NCBI GenBank assembly: GCA_964202905.1
Contig: CAXNJO010000004.1
Span: forward strand, 128,001 to 192,000
DNA length: 64,000 bases
Origin: Polyangiales bacterium
GTDB lineage: Bacteria; Myxococcota_A; Polyangia; Polyangiales; JADJQN01
Direction of reading: 5' to 3'
Within the stretch, counting starts at the first letter, position 1. Every line of letters begins with the position of its first letter. The notes under the pieces are model-generated. The model was given only the letters and a program-made list of their open reading frames with translations. It did no database searches and was not told the origin of the DNA. This document shows positions 11,672 through 22,357 of this stretch, piece after piece. The position numbers were made by a program, and so were the translations under genes.

Positions 11672-14088
11672 TTCGGCCGCAGCAGCCACGCAAGCGGCTG
11701 CTCTCGACTGGGCTCACCGCGCTCCTCGCCACCCACACCGCTCTCGCGGGCGCGGTGTCGGGCGCAAGCCCGGCGCGAGCGCAGGACCTGGCAGCGATCA
11801 CCCGCCAGGTCACCCAGCTCGAAGCAGACGCACGCAATCTCTCCGCGATGCCCGTGCGGCGTAGCAGCCTGCGCGGGCCGACCTACGTCGAGGAGCGCCT
11901 CACCGACGGTGAGCTTTTCTACCGGCTCCACGACTACACGCGCGCCGCCATCATCTTCACCGACATCGTCGACAGCCACCCGCGACATCGGGCCTTTCCC
12001 GATGCGCTGTTCCTGCTCGCCGACTCGCTCTTTCGCGCCGGGGACGTCCTCGGCGCGAGGACGCGCTTCCGTCAGATCATCGACCGCGCTGACCAGCAGC
12101 CATTTCGTCCGTACGTCCAGCGAGCGCTCGGTCGCCTCATCGAAGTCGCCATCCAGACCCGGGACTTCGAGGGTGTGGAAGAACTCTTCCAGCGGATGAG
12201 TCGACTGCCCCCCTCGGAAATCGAGGCGGCGACGCAGTACTTCCGGGCCAAGTACCTCTACAACCGAGCCGTCCCCACGGACGAGGTGATGCGCGATGTG
12301 GCGGGCGCGACGAGCGTGCCGCAGGTCGATCAATCCGTTTTGGACGAAGCCCGGCAGGCCTTCGAGGCCGTTCAGGAGCGCAGCCCCTACTACCTTCAGG
12401 CGCGTTACTTCGTCGGCGTCATCTACACGCTCAAGGGTGAGTACCCTCAAGCGATTGACGCCTTCCGGAGGGTCCTTCGCGGCGCCGCGACGACACCCGA
12501 GCAGGAGGAGATCGTCGTCCTCACGCACGTCGCGCTCGGGCGACTCTTCTACGAAACCGATCGACTCGAGCAAGCCGTCGAGTCCTATCAGCAGGTTCCC
12601 CGCTCCTCGCCCCATTTCGACGTCGCGCTCTACGAGATCGCGTGGGTGCACATCCGGCAGGGCGATTCGACGCAAGCCGAACGCGCGCTCGAGGTCCTCA
12701 CCGTCGCGGCCCCTGACAGCCGCTTCATCCCTGACGGGAAGATCCTCCGGGGAAACCTCTTGCTTCGCAACGGACGCTTTGCCGACGCCAATACGGTGTT
12801 CCGCGAGGTCGCCCAGCAGTTTGGTCCCGTCCGACGTGAACTCGACGCGATGATCGCCACGCACGACGACCCGCGTGAACATTTCCGCGACCTCGTTCGC
12901 CGGAACATGGACAACTTCGACGCCAACGCGTTCCTTCCGCCCCTCGCCATCCGCTGGGCGCGGACCGAGGGCGACATGGACCGCGCGCTGGCGGTGCTCT
13001 CCGACCTCGGCGAGTGCCGCGCGCTCGTGCGCGATACGACCGCCCTGATCGGGCGACTGAACGCCGTGCTCAATTCGCCGAACCGCATCAGCGCGTTCGC
13101 CGACTTGACCGAGCAGCGACAATTGTCGATCTCCCAGCGCAACAAGGTCGCGCGCATTCGCCGTCAACTCATCGCGGCCGATGCGGTCGGCTCGGCCTCC
13201 GGGGAACTTGCCGAGGTGCGCGCCGAACGTCGGCGCGTCGAGGCACTCCTCGAGAACCTGCCGACGTCGGGCGAGGATTTCGAAGCCCGAAGCGAGCGCC
13301 TACTCAATCGCTACCGCGATCTCGACCGCGAGGCGCGCAACCTCGAGGTCGAACTCATGGGCATGGAAGCGCGGATTACCGCCACGATGCGCTATACGGC
13401 GGACACCGCGTCGGCCCGCGGTGACGCTGCGGGCGCGCAGGCTCTCGCGACTGAGCTACGCACGCAGCAGGAGGCGGTGACGGCGTATCGGGCCCAACTC
13501 GGTGAGGTGCACACGTTGATCGAGCGCGCGCGCCTCCAGGTCGGCATCGGGGACGAGCGGTACGCCCGCGATGGTCGCACCCGCGACGACTACGCCCGCC
13601 TTGTCGCCCGCGAGCGTGAGTTGCTGCGCCAGTCGGGAGCGGGAAACCGCGTGGCTCAAACCGAAGGGGTGTTTGCGAGGCTTGCGCGCATCGACGAAGT
13701 GCTCGACGGGAAGGACCGCGTGATCGATGACGTGGTCGACGAGCGCACCGCGGAGATCCGCGCCGTGATCGACGAGGAAACCCTCAAGGTCGACGGCTAC
13801 CGGAACCAGATGGCGGCCCTCGAGGGCGAGACCGTGGATGTGGTCGGCGAAGTGACGCTGGCCAACTTCACGCAGGTTCGGCAGCGGTTCTACGACCTGG
13901 TCCTGCGAGCGGACGTGGGACGCGTCGACATTGCCTGGGCGCAGCGTGAAGAGCACCGCGCTCGGATCGAGATGCTGACGCGTGAGCGCACGCGTGACAT
14001 GCAAGCGCTCGACGACGAGTTCCGCGACATCATGGACGAGGGGGGCACGTCCGCCGACGATGCTGCTCCGGCAGGGGGAGCACAGTGA
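11668..14088 (+). CDS. Periplasmic TPR protein (GltC/NfsC-like)
   Basis: Signal peptide, multiple TPRs, long coiled-coil C-terminus; GTGA coupling; position before GltD-like gene. Confidence 0.7.
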   Translation: MIRPQQPRKRLLSTGLTALLATHTALAGAVSGASPARAQDLAAITRQVTQLEADARNLSAMPVRRSSLRGPTYVEERLTDGELFYRLHDYTRAAIIFTDIVDSHPRHRAFPDALFLLADSLFRAGDVLGARTRFRQIIDRADQQPFRPYVQRALGRLIEVAIQTRDFEGVEELFQRMSRLPPSEIEAATQYFRAKYLYNRAVPTDEVMRDVAGATSVPQVDQSVLDEARQAFEAVQERSPYYLQARYFVGVIYTLKGEYPQAIDAFRRVLRGAATTPEQEEIVVLTHVALGRLFYETDRLEQAVESYQQVPRSSPHFDVALYEIAWVHIRQGDSTQAERALEVLTVAAPDSRFIPDGKILRGNLLLRNGRFADANTVFREVAQQFGPVRRELDAMIATHDDPREHFRDLVRRNMDNFDANAFLPPLAIRWARTEGDMDRALAVLSDLGECRALVRDTTALIGRLNAVLNSPNRISAFADLTEQRQLSISQRNKVARIRRQLIAADAVGSASGELAEVRAERRRVEALLENLPTSGEDFEARSERLLNRYRDLDREARNLEVELMGMEARITATMRYTADTASARGDAAGAQALATELRTQQEAVTAYRAQLGEVHTLIERARLQVGIGDERYARDGRTRDDYARLVARERELLRQSGAGNRVAQTEGVFARLARIDEVLDGKDRVIDDVVDERTAEIRAVIDEETLKVDGYRNQMAALEGETVDVVGEVTLANFTQVRQRFYDLVLRADVGRVDIAWAQREEHRARIEMLTRERTRDMQALDDEFRDIMDEGGTSADDAAPAGGAQ

Positions 14089-17000
14089 ACGTGCTTGGAA
14101 CGCGAGCATCGCGGTCTGTCGCGCTGGGCGCGTGCGTCTGGCTTCTGGCCTCCGCGGCGCGTCCAGTACTCGCTCAAGACGTCGCGGACGCCGGTCCGGC
14201 AACGGTTCCAACCGCCTCGCAAGACTCCGCGGGCCTCGACGCTTCGACCGGCACAGACGGCGACGGTGCGGTGGAGGACGGCGGTCAGGTTCCTTGGGCC
14301 GCAGCATCGGACGTACCCGGCGCGCTTCCGGAGTTCCTGAACACGACCGACCGTCGCATTCAAGACGACCGGCCGGCACCCACTGCGGAGCAGGTCAACG
14401 CTCTCCGCGAGATGGAAGCCGAGGTTGGCCGTTTCGGCCTCGCCGGAACCGCTTACCGCGACGCCGTGGTCTCGATCGTTCGGCGTGAATACCTGCGGCA
14501 GCGTCGCGCTCGCGACGACGGCTACGCGCGCCAGATCCGGGAAGAGGAGCGACTCCAAAACGAGGCCCGCGACCGCGCGATCCGCCTGTTCGAGCGGTTC
14601 ATCGCCAACTACCCCGACGACCCGACCTACACGCCGGACGCCATGTTCCGGCTCGGCGAGCTCTACTACGAGCGCAGTGCGCTTCAGTTCCAGGCGGCGG
14701 TCGAAGCCGCCAACGCGCAGCGGGATGCTGCGCAGGCCTCCGGAGCCTCAGGGGACGAGATACCCGACCCCTCCAAGGATTTCAGCCCCACGATCGACCT
14801 CTATCGTCGTTTGGCGTCCAATTTCCCCGTCTACCGACGTATTGACGGCGTCTACTACCTGATTGGCTACTGCTTGGGCGAGATGAACCAGCCTGAGGAA
14901 GCGCGCCGCGCCTTCCTCGCGCTGGCCTGCTCGAATCACTTCTCCTTCTCTGGAGCGCCCTCGAGCCATGGGGCATCCGTGGAGGAGGAGGTCGATGGCG
15001 GCGCGCGTCATCCCTCCGAGACGCTCGATCGGGTCCCCGAACCCGCTGCCGACGAGGGGCCCTACGTCGATCCGTACGCCGGCTGCACGCCCATCTCCCC
15101 CCAGACGGAATTCCTCGGCGAAGTGTGGCTCCGCGTCGGGGAATATCACTTCGACAACGACTTCGGGCAGCACGGCCTCGATCGCGCAATCAGCGCGTAT
15201 TCGTACGTGCTCCGGTTGCCGGAAGACCGGAATTACAACCTCGCGCTCTACAAGATGGCGTGGTCGTTTTACCGGGCGAGCCGCTACCCTGAAGCGCTCA
15301 AGAACTTCGCCGACCTCGTGCAGTGGTCGGACGATGAGCAAGCCCGGACCGGGCGCGCGGGAACCGAGCTCCGCGGAGAGGCGATCCAGTACATCGCGAT
15401 CACGTTTGCGTATGACGACTGGAACGAGAACCAGACGCCCGACCCCACGGAGGGCCAGCCTACGGGCTTCATGCGCGTCCAGGATCCGCAACTCCTCCCG
15501 CAAGACCGGCCCTGGACTGAAGATGTGTTCTTCCAGCTCGGTCAGGTTTACTTCGACGAGGCCAAGTATCTGCAGGCCATCGAAGTTTGGAAGCATCTGC
15601 TCCTGAAGTGGCCGCGCAGCGCACGGGCTCCCGAGGTCACCAACCTGATCGCGCGCGCCTACGCGCGGAACAATGACCAAGAGCGCGAGCGTGAAATGCT
15701 TCGCCAGCTCGTCAACTACGGCGTAGGTACCGACTGGTACAACAGCAACACCGAGCACCCCGCGGAGCAGCGCCAGGCGGAGCAATTGGCCGAGTTCGCC
15801 GTCATTCGCGCGGCGCTGCAGGACCACGCTGAAGCGCAGCGGCTTCGTTCGCAGTGCGTGACGAACCGTGATCCGGCGTTGTGTCGCGCCGCGCAAGAGA
15901 AGTACAGACTCGCGGCGGCAGGCTACCGTGCCTACATCGAGCGATACCCGAACAATCCGCAGGCCTACGAGCTCAATTACAACCTCGCGGACACCCTCTA
16001 TTGGTCGGAGGACTACGAGAGCGCTGCGCGTGAGTACGCGACGGTCCGGGATTCGAACCTCGACGACACGCATTTGTCGGAGGCCGCGCGCCGCGTCGTC
16101 GAATCGCTCAAGCGGCTCCTCGATGCTGCCGAAGCCAACCGGCAGGTCGAATTGCGGACCGAGCCTCCCGCACCTGCGGGTGCCCCGCCGGTGGTAACTC
16201 CCACCGCGATGCCTCCCCTCGTTCAGCGGCTCGCGCAAGCCCGCGAGATCTATCTTGCGCGAATCGACCCCCGCGCTGATCGCGAGCAGGTCCGCGACTC
16301 GTACGACTACAACAACACACTCTTGTTGTATGCCTACGGGTACTGGCCGCAGGCCCGCGAGCGGTTCACGCGCATCTTCGAAGAGCGCTGCGCCGGCCCC
16401 AACGCGAACGAGACCGGGCGCGTGTCGTGGATCAACCTCCGCAATATGGCCGTTGCACTTCAACAACCCGAGGAAGCGGAGCGGTTGTCCCAACTCCTGC
16501 TTGAGCGGCGCTGTACGTTCGCGTCGGACGGGACAGCCCCGGCCGCCAATGCCAACCTCGATTGCGCCCAGGCAGAGAACCGCGACGACCCGGTGTGCAT
16601 CGCGCAGGGTACCCTGCAGGCTGGGCAGTACCGCGTCGCCGTCAGCACCTTCAACCAGGCGCAGGGGGCCGCGGCCGGGGCTGAGCAGACGGCGCTGTAC
16701 GAACGCGCGGCGTCTCTCTTCGTCCGCGCGGTGAACAATGCGCCGAATGACCCGCAAGCCCCCATCGCGCTGGAGCAGGCCGCCATCGCCCTCCAGCGGA
16801 CGAACCGCTTTGAGAGCGCGGGGCGCATCTACCAGCGGATCATCGACGAGGTCGCAGCGCGACGCGGCGAGACCCCAGACGAGCAGGCTCGACTCGACCG
16901 AATCGTCTCCAATGCGTATTTCCAACTCGCGTACAGCGCGGGCCGGAACTTCGACTACGACCGCGCCATCACGAACTACCGTGTGCTCGCCGACTCCCCA

Positions 17001-18068
17001 CGCTTCGCCGCCAACACCGAGGCGAGCATGGTCGAGCGGCGTGAGAGCGCGTTGGTCAACGTCGCGAACATCCTCGAGTTCCAGCAGCAGTACTCGCAGG
17101 CCGCGGCTTACTGGCGACGGGTCGCGGACACGTCGCGGGACCCGCAGACCCAGCTCAATGCGGCGTACCGCGTCGCGGAGATGAGCTACAAGCAGCGGAA
17201 CTGGGCCAACACGACCCGTGACATGCGCGCGTTCATGGACCGCTTCCGGTCGAATAGCGCTGCGGGCGAGCTCAACGTCCAAGCAGCATGGCGCATCGTC
17301 GAAGCGCGGCGCGCGCAGAATAACGCTCGCGAGGTCCGCTCGGCGCTCGAGGTGGTGGTCGACACGTTTGCGCGGTCGGGGCAACAACCGGGTTCGCTCG
17401 CCGCGGAGTACGCGGCTCAGGCGAAGTTCGAGCTGGTCGACGGGGGTATTGCCTCCTTCGAGTCGTTCGCGATCGTTCCGGGCCGTCCGGCCACGCTCGC
17501 CGCCTACGTCAGCAGTCTCGTCGAACAGATTGCCGTGGGTTCCCGTCAGGCGACCAGCCTTGCGGCCGGCTACAACCCGGTGCCGGGCTACGGCCGCCCC
17601 GTGTGGACCATCGCGGCCCAGGTTCGCCAGGGCCGCCTCTATGAACTCCTTGCGCGCGCGGTTCAGGCCGCGGCGACGAACTTCGTTACCCCTGACGATC
17701 TTCAACGTCAGACGCGGGGGATGTCGGAAGAGCAGCGCGACAGCGTCCGCGCGACGGTGTCCGACCGGATTCGGCAAACCCTCGACGCGCAGACTCTGCC
17801 CATCGAATGCCTTGCCGTGCAGCGTTACGCGCTGGCCGCGCGCGCGGCACGGCTATCCAACACGGACAACGACTTCACGAGGCTCGCCATCGATCGACTG
17901 AACGCGTACGGCGACGAACGCATCGTGGAGTGCGTCGCGCAGGAGAACGCGACTGATCCGAGCTTCGCGCTCGCCACCCCGAACGAGTTCGCGCGTGCGC
18001 CACGCGGACAAAATCTCGATGTCCGTCCGGACATCGCCCCGCCCTCGCTCGCTCCGGAGGACCAGTGA
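14085..18068 (+). CDS. Large periplasmic TPR protein (GltD/AgmU-like)
   Basis: 1327 aa, signal peptide, TPRs (DAMFRLGELYYE, ALYKMAWSFYR), C-terminal WTIAAQVRQGRLYE; synteny. Confidence 0.75.
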   Translation: MNVLGTRASRSVALGACVWLLASAARPVLAQDVADAGPATVPTASQDSAGLDASTGTDGDGAVEDGGQVPWAAASDVPGALPEFLNTTDRRIQDDRPAPTAEQVNALREMEAEVGRFGLAGTAYRDAVVSIVRREYLRQRRARDDGYARQIREEERLQNEARDRAIRLFERFIANYPDDPTYTPDAMFRLGELYYERSALQFQAAVEAANAQRDAAQASGASGDEIPDPSKDFSPTIDLYRRLASNFPVYRRIDGVYYLIGYCLGEMNQPEEARRAFLALACSNHFSFSGAPSSHGASVEEEVDGGARHPSETLDRVPEPAADEGPYVDPYAGCTPISPQTEFLGEVWLRVGEYHFDNDFGQHGLDRAISAYSYVLRLPEDRNYNLALYKMAWSFYRASRYPEALKNFADLVQWSDDEQARTGRAGTELRGEAIQYIAITFAYDDWNENQTPDPTEGQPTGFMRVQDPQLLPQDRPWTEDVFFQLGQVYFDEAKYLQAIEVWKHLLLKWPRSARAPEVTNLIARAYARNNDQEREREMLRQLVNYGVGTDWYNSNTEHPAEQRQAEQLAEFAVIRAALQDHAEAQRLRSQCVTNRDPALCRAAQEKYRLAAAGYRAYIERYPNNPQAYELNYNLADTLYWSEDYESAAREYATVRDSNLDDTHLSEAARRVVESLKRLLDAAEANRQVELRTEPPAPAGAPPVVTPTAMPPLVQRLAQAREIYLARIDPRADREQVRDSYDYNNTLLLYAYGYWPQARERFTRIFEERCAGPNANETGRVSWINLRNMAVALQQPEEAERLSQLLLERRCTFASDGTAPAANANLDCAQAENRDDPVCIAQGTLQAGQYRVAVSTFNQAQGAAAGAEQTALYERAASLFVRAVNNAPNDPQAPIALEQAAIALQRTNRFESAGRIYQRIIDEVAARRGETPDEQARLDRIVSNAYFQLAYSAGRNFDYDRAITNYRVLADSPRFAANTEASMVERRESALVNVANILEFQQQYSQAAAYWRRVADTSRDPQTQLNAAYRVAEMSYKQRNWANTTRDMRAFMDRFRSNSAAGELNVQAAWRIVEARRAQNNAREVRSALEVVVDTFARSGQQPGSLAAEYAAQAKFELVDGGIASFESFAIVPGRPATLAAYVSSLVEQIAVGSRQATSLAAGYNPVPGYGRPVWTIAAQVRQGRLYELLARAVQAAATNFVTPDDLQRQTRGMSEEQRDSVRATVSDRIRQTLDAQTLPIECLAVQRYALAARAARLSNTDNDFTRLAIDRLNAYGDERIVECVAQENATDPSFALATPNEFARAPRGQNLDVRPDIAPPSLAPEDQ

Positions 18069-19645
18069 CCATGCGCTCGCGCTCCGCCGCCATCCTCGGG
18101 ATGCTCGGCTGCATCCTGGCGTTGCTTGGCGTGCCGGTCTTCGTGGGCGCCGGGCTCGCGGGTTGTGGCGAGGACGCCACGGCTGAAGGGGAGGGGACGA
18201 CGCAGGTTTCGGGGGAGTCGACCGCCGGAGGTGAATCGGCTGACGGGGTCGTTGGTACGGGCGGAAGCCCGTCAGGCGGCGGCGCGGGAGCGACCGGTCC
18301 ATCCGCTCCGCCCCCGGGTGATCTCGAGGACGACGATGGCGCGCCACCGCCGTCGGGCGGCGCCACCGCACAATCGGCCGTCGACGGCGGAGTCGCCGCC
18401 ACACCGGCGAACGACGACCCGGGCTGGGGGTCGCCCGATGCTGACACGGGAACTCCGCTCCCCGCGCGTCGCGCCATGGGGACTGCTGCACGTGCGGCCT
18501 ACCGGAATGGCTTGGCCGCTTCAGCGTCCGGCAACGACGCGGCCGCCCGTCAGGCGTTCGAGGCGGCGCTGAGCGCCGACCCGGGTGCGTTCAAGGCGGC
18601 GTACAACCTGGGTGTCATCGCGGACCGCGCCGGGAACGAGAACCGCGCACTCGAGTACTATCGGCAATCTCTTCGGCTGCAGGCGGATTACGAGCGCGCG
18701 GCAGAGGGAATCATGGCGATCTACGTCCGGCGCGGTGCCGTTCCCGACGCATTGGCGTTCATCGAACCGCTGGCGCGGCAGTGGGGCCGCAACATCGCGT
18801 TGCAGGCCCTCTACGCCGAGATTCTCGTGGCCTCCGAGCGGCACGATGACGCCATCACCGCGGCGCGGGCGGCGCTTCGACGCGACGAGCGGTTCGTGCC
18901 GGCCATGATCGCCATCGTCAAAGCAAGCCTCAAGCGTCAACCGCCGCGGACGGAGCTCGCAGAGAGCGTGCTCGATCAAGCGCTCGCCATCGATGACAAC
19001 AATGCCGAAGTCCACTTCCTGAAGGGGCGCATGCTCCAGACGGCGAGTCGGCTGGGTGAAGCCCTCTCGGAGTATCGTCGAGCCGTGGATCTGCGTCCCG
19101 ATTTCGCGGAGGCGCGGGTCGCGTTGGGGCTCCAGTTCATCGCCTCGGGCAATTACGCCGAGGCGGAGCTAGCGTTCGAGGTCGCGTCGCGCTTGCTTCC
19201 GGGCAGCGTCGAGGTCGCTCTGAATCTCGCCGACTCGTACCGCGCGAGCAAGCAGTGGACGAAGGCGAAGTCGGCCTTCGACAGGGCGCTCGGGATGCGG
19301 GAGCGCTTGCCTCAGGCTCACTTCAACCTGGGCCTCATGTACATGGCTGCGGGTGATCAATATCCCGGCATGGACAAACTCACGGCTTTGCAGCGCGCAA
19401 CCCAAGAGATGAACTTGTATCGGGACCAAATGGGCCCGAGCATGCCCCGCACCGATCCCTCGGGGGATGTCCTCGCGGACCTTGCGAAGCAGATCGAGCG
19501 CGAGCAGAAGCGGCTCGAGCGTGAGAAGGTGCGGCTCGAGCGTGAGGCGGCGAAGAAGGCGCGTGATGCTGCCCGCGCCGCGTCGTCGGGCGCTCCCGAC
19601 GCCGGCGCTTCCGCAGCGCCTGTCCCGGCACCGTCCACCCCCTGA
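18065..19645 (+). CDS. TPR lipoprotein (GltE/AglT-like)
   Basis: Lipobox LAGC, G/S/D-rich linker, TPR array, charged coiled-coil tail. Confidence 0.75.
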   Translation: MTMRSRSAAILGMLGCILALLGVPVFVGAGLAGCGEDATAEGEGTTQVSGESTAGGESADGVVGTGGSPSGGGAGATGPSAPPPGDLEDDDGAPPPSGGATAQSAVDGGVAATPANDDPGWGSPDADTGTPLPARRAMGTAARAAYRNGLAASASGNDAAARQAFEAALSADPGAFKAAYNLGVIADRAGNENRALEYYRQSLRLQADYERAAEGIMAIYVRRGAVPDALAFIEPLARQWGRNIALQALYAEILVASERHDDAITAARAALRRDERFVPAMIAIVKASLKRQPPRTELAESVLDQALAIDDNNAEVHFLKGRMLQTASRLGEALSEYRRAVDLRPDFAEARVALGLQFIASGNYAEAELAFEVASRLLPGSVEVALNLADSYRASKQWTKAKSAFDRALGMRERLPQAHFNLGLMYMAAGDQYPGMDKLTALQRATQEMNLYRDQMGPSMPRTDPSGDVLADLAKQIEREQKRLEREKVRLEREAAKKARDAARAASSGAPDAGASAAPVPAPSTP

Positions 19646-19664
19646 CCGCCTTGAGGTCGATGCC

Positions 19665-19928
19665 ATGAAACTCTTCGCATTCTTTCCGGCCGCTCTCGTG
19701 TTCACGCTTGCTTGGGTCGGCCAAGCGCCCGCGGCGGCAGCTCAGGCGAGGCCCGCCCGACGTGGTCCGCGTGTGATCCAACTCGAGGAGATTCGGATCG
19801 AGGGCCGCGTGCAGAAGCCCAACGCCTTCTACATCCTCAACCGCTCGAACCTCGGATACGAGGTCCTCGACCTGCGGACCAGTTTTCTCCGTGAGGTTGT
19901 TCGTACCGTTCAACGCGAACCCTTCTGA
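19665..19928 (+). CDS. Small exported protein (GltF/CglF-like, 87 aa)
   Basis: GAGG RBS; signal peptide; IQLEEIRIEGRVQKP motif resembling GltF family; position after GltE-like gene. Confidence 0.7.
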   Translation: MKLFAFFPAALVFTLAWVGQAPAAAAQARPARRGPRVIQLEEIRIEGRVQKPNAFYILNRSNLGYEVLDLRTSFLREVVRTVQREPF

Positions 19929-19945
19929 GAAGCGGGGCGCCCGAC

Positions 19946-20581
19946 TTGTTTCTTGCCGCGCAGATTGCGGTCGCCGTCGCCGCATCTGCGGTCGTGGTGA
20001 AGCACGTCAGGGTGTTGTTTTTCGTTGCACCGCTCGAGGCGGTCCCCTTCTTACGAGCGCTCCAGCGCTGCCTCGACGTCGGTGACCTCCGCGGCGCGCG
20101 GGCGCTCGCCGAGGCTGGCGGGCCCGGTTGGATTGCACACGCGGCCGCCGCCAGCCTGGCCGCGTGGCCCGATCCAGGTGCAGTGGGGCAGCGCCTCGAA
20201 GAGGTCCTCGCCGATCGGCGTGACGACGCGCGCGCTGCAACTCGTCCGTTGCGGGCGGTTGCAAGCCTTTCATCGAGCCTTGGGATGTTGTTCGCGATCT
20301 TGAGTTTGAACGGGGTCGGTGGGGCTTCCGGTGGGCTGCTCGCGCTCGAGGCCGGGCTCGAGCAGTCGCTCGCGGTCGGGCGTGCGGTCGCGTGTGTCGC
20401 GACGGGCGGCGCCACTTCACTCATCGTGCTCGCGGCAACGGGCGCGCTTCGGCGGCAATCGCGACGACTCCTTGAGGACCTGTCCCGTTTGTCGTCGGCG
20501 CTTTCAGTGCATGTCTCGGGCCTCTCCTCCTACCCTCCTGTGATCGCGCGAGCGCAGTCCGCCTCGCAATCTTCCGGGTGA
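19946..20581 (+). CDS. Degenerate MotA/TolQ/ExbB-like membrane protein
   Basis: N-terminal TM, cytoplasmic region, then LRAVASLSSSLGML and second TM in TolQ-like layout; canonical P..GLLGT motif absent; start uncertain. Confidence 0.5.
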   Translation: MFLAAQIAVAVAASAVVVKHVRVLFFVAPLEAVPFLRALQRCLDVGDLRGARALAEAGGPGWIAHAAAASLAAWPDPGAVGQRLEEVLADRRDDARAATRPLRAVASLSSSLGMLFAILSLNGVGGASGGLLALEAGLEQSLAVGRAVACVATGGATSLIVLAATGALRRQSRRLLEDLSRLSSALSVHVSGLSSYPPVIARAQSASQSSG

Positions 20582-20586
20582 GCGTC

Positions 20587-20616
20587 TAGACCGGTGCCGC
20601 GCGAGGGTGCTAGTGT
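20587..20616 (+). promoter_or_regulatory. Possible internal sigma70-type promoter for the GltG-like gene
   Basis: TAGACC-N18-TAGTGT with extended -10 TG in a 174-nt intergenic gap. Confidence 0.35.
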
Positions 20617-20755
20617 CCCGCCGCCTCGCGATGCTGAACGCTCGGGGGGAACTTTTCACGGAACGGGGCGTCTCTGGTGAGGTTGGTGCTGACGAGCGAC
20701 GCACCGACTCCAACCCGGATGGCTCCCACCCACACGACGAAGAGGTAGACGACCG

Positions 20756-22249
20756 ATGACCACGGGCAATCAGCCTCCGCAGCAGGGACAAGGGCAGCCG
20801 CAGCGCGGACGTCCTGGGGCGATGACGATGGCCATGCAGGCCGTCAACGTGCCGACATCCGGCCCGAAGGTCCTGCGGATCGGTGTCATCCAGGGCGGGA
20901 AGATCGTCGAGGAGCGGATCATCCGCCGCCGCGAGACGGTGTCCGTCGGCAGCTCCGAGCGGAACCACTTCATCGTCCAGACAGAGAAGCTCCCGGCACG
21001 CTTCGAGCTCTTCCAGTTGGTCGGCTCCGACTACATCCTCAATTTCACTGAGGATATGCGCGGTCGCGTCGGCCTTCCCGCTGGCGTGCAGGACCTCGGC
21101 CAGCTCCGCGCGTCGGGCGCGGCGCGCAACGCCGGTGCGTATTGGCAGGTCAAGCTCAACGACAATTCGCGCGGCAAGGTCACGCTCGGCGACACGACGC
21201 TGCTCTTCCAGTTTGTGAGTCCTCCCCCCGTCCAGCCCCGTCCACAACTACCGGCCGCCGCGCGTGGTGGGTTCGTGAAGGGGATCGACTGGGTCTTCAC
21301 GGCGTTCATCACGTTCTCCTTCATGATGCACTTCGGGTTCATCATCTATTTGGAGAACGCCGACTGGCCTCTCGAGTCTGGGATCGGCGAGTTGCCGCCG
21401 GAGTTGGCCCGCATGATTCTGGACGAGCCTCCTCCCCCGCCCGTCGAGGAGACGCCGACCGAGGAGGTCACGGACGCCCCGGTGGAGGAGGCCGTCGCCG
21501 AGACCCCGCAGCCGACGCGCGCGCCGGCCCAAAACCAAGCTTCGAATGCGAACGCGCAAAACTCCGGGGCGGACCAAGCCAGTGCCGCCGAGGCCACTGC
21601 GCGCGTGGCGGAAGAAGCCGCCGCGGCTGCCGAGATGCTCCTCGTGGGTGCTCTTGGCGAAGGCGCAGACAGCGCGTTTCGTGACGTCCTGGCAGGCGGC
21701 GCCGTCACGGGCAACGCCAGCGATGTCCTCGCGCAGGCGAATGGCGTGGGCGTAGCCTCCGGCGCCGCCGGCGGCGCTTTGCGCACGCGCACTGGCGGCG
21801 GCAACGGTTCGGGTGAGGGCGGCGATCTTGGCGGTCTCGCGGCTGCGGGCGGAGCGGGCGCGACGGTGCAACAGGCCGAGGGGCAACAGGTGGTCGAGGT
21901 GCGTGTGCGCGGGAACCTCCGTCTCGACGATGGCGAGGCCATCGGGGGCGACGGTGATTTCGATGCGCGGCAGGTCGTCTCCCTCATCCGTCAGCGCCTG
22001 TCGGCCATCCGCGCCTGCTACGAGCGGGAGCTTCGACGCAACCCGCAGCTCTCGGGCAAGGTGACCGTCGACTTCACCATCCAGACGACCGGCTCTGTAT
22101 CGAACGTGCGAGCCTCGGAGAACACGACGGGAGACGATGCGGTCGCCTCGTGCGTGACCGGTGTCGTGCAGCGCTTCCGCTGGAACCCGGGTCCGGAGGG
22201 CGGCTCAGTCACGTTCTCCTATCCGTTCGTGTTCGCCCCGCAGAACTAG
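20756..22249 (+). CDS. GltG/PglI-like protein (FHA-like N-terminus, TM, TonB-like AgmX/PglI C-terminal domain)
   Basis: KVLRIGVIQGGKIVEERI; TM; Pro/Gly-rich linker; IRACYERELRRNPQLSGKVTVDFTI...CV...YPFVF. Confidence 0.85.
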   Translation: MTTGNQPPQQGQGQPQRGRPGAMTMAMQAVNVPTSGPKVLRIGVIQGGKIVEERIIRRRETVSVGSSERNHFIVQTEKLPARFELFQLVGSDYILNFTEDMRGRVGLPAGVQDLGQLRASGAARNAGAYWQVKLNDNSRGKVTLGDTTLLFQFVSPPPVQPRPQLPAAARGGFVKGIDWVFTAFITFSFMMHFGFIIYLENADWPLESGIGELPPELARMILDEPPPPPVEETPTEEVTDAPVEEAVAETPQPTRAPAQNQASNANAQNSGADQASAAEATARVAEEAAAAAEMLLVGALGEGADSAFRDVLAGGAVTGNASDVLAQANGVGVASGAAGGALRTRTGGGNGSGEGGDLGGLAAAGGAGATVQQAEGQQVVEVRVRGNLRLDDGEAIGGDGDFDARQVVSLIRQRLSAIRACYERELRRNPQLSGKVTVDFTIQTTGSVSNVRASENTTGDDAVASCVTGVVQRFRWNPGPEGGSVTFSYPFVFAPQN

Positions 22250-22279
22250 GCACGGCGAGGACACGGTCTCCCGCACGAC

Positions 22280-22306
22280 GACGGCGCCCCTCGGGGCGCC
22301 GTTTTC
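22280..22306 (+). terminator. Rho-independent terminator
   Basis: ACGGCGCCCC-TC-GGGGCGCCGT inverted repeat running into TTTT after the GltG-like gene. Confidence 0.75.
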
Positions 22307-22357
22307 GTTGGTGCCGCGCTTGCGTCGCAAGGACACTCAGTCCAACGTTCCGCCGCC

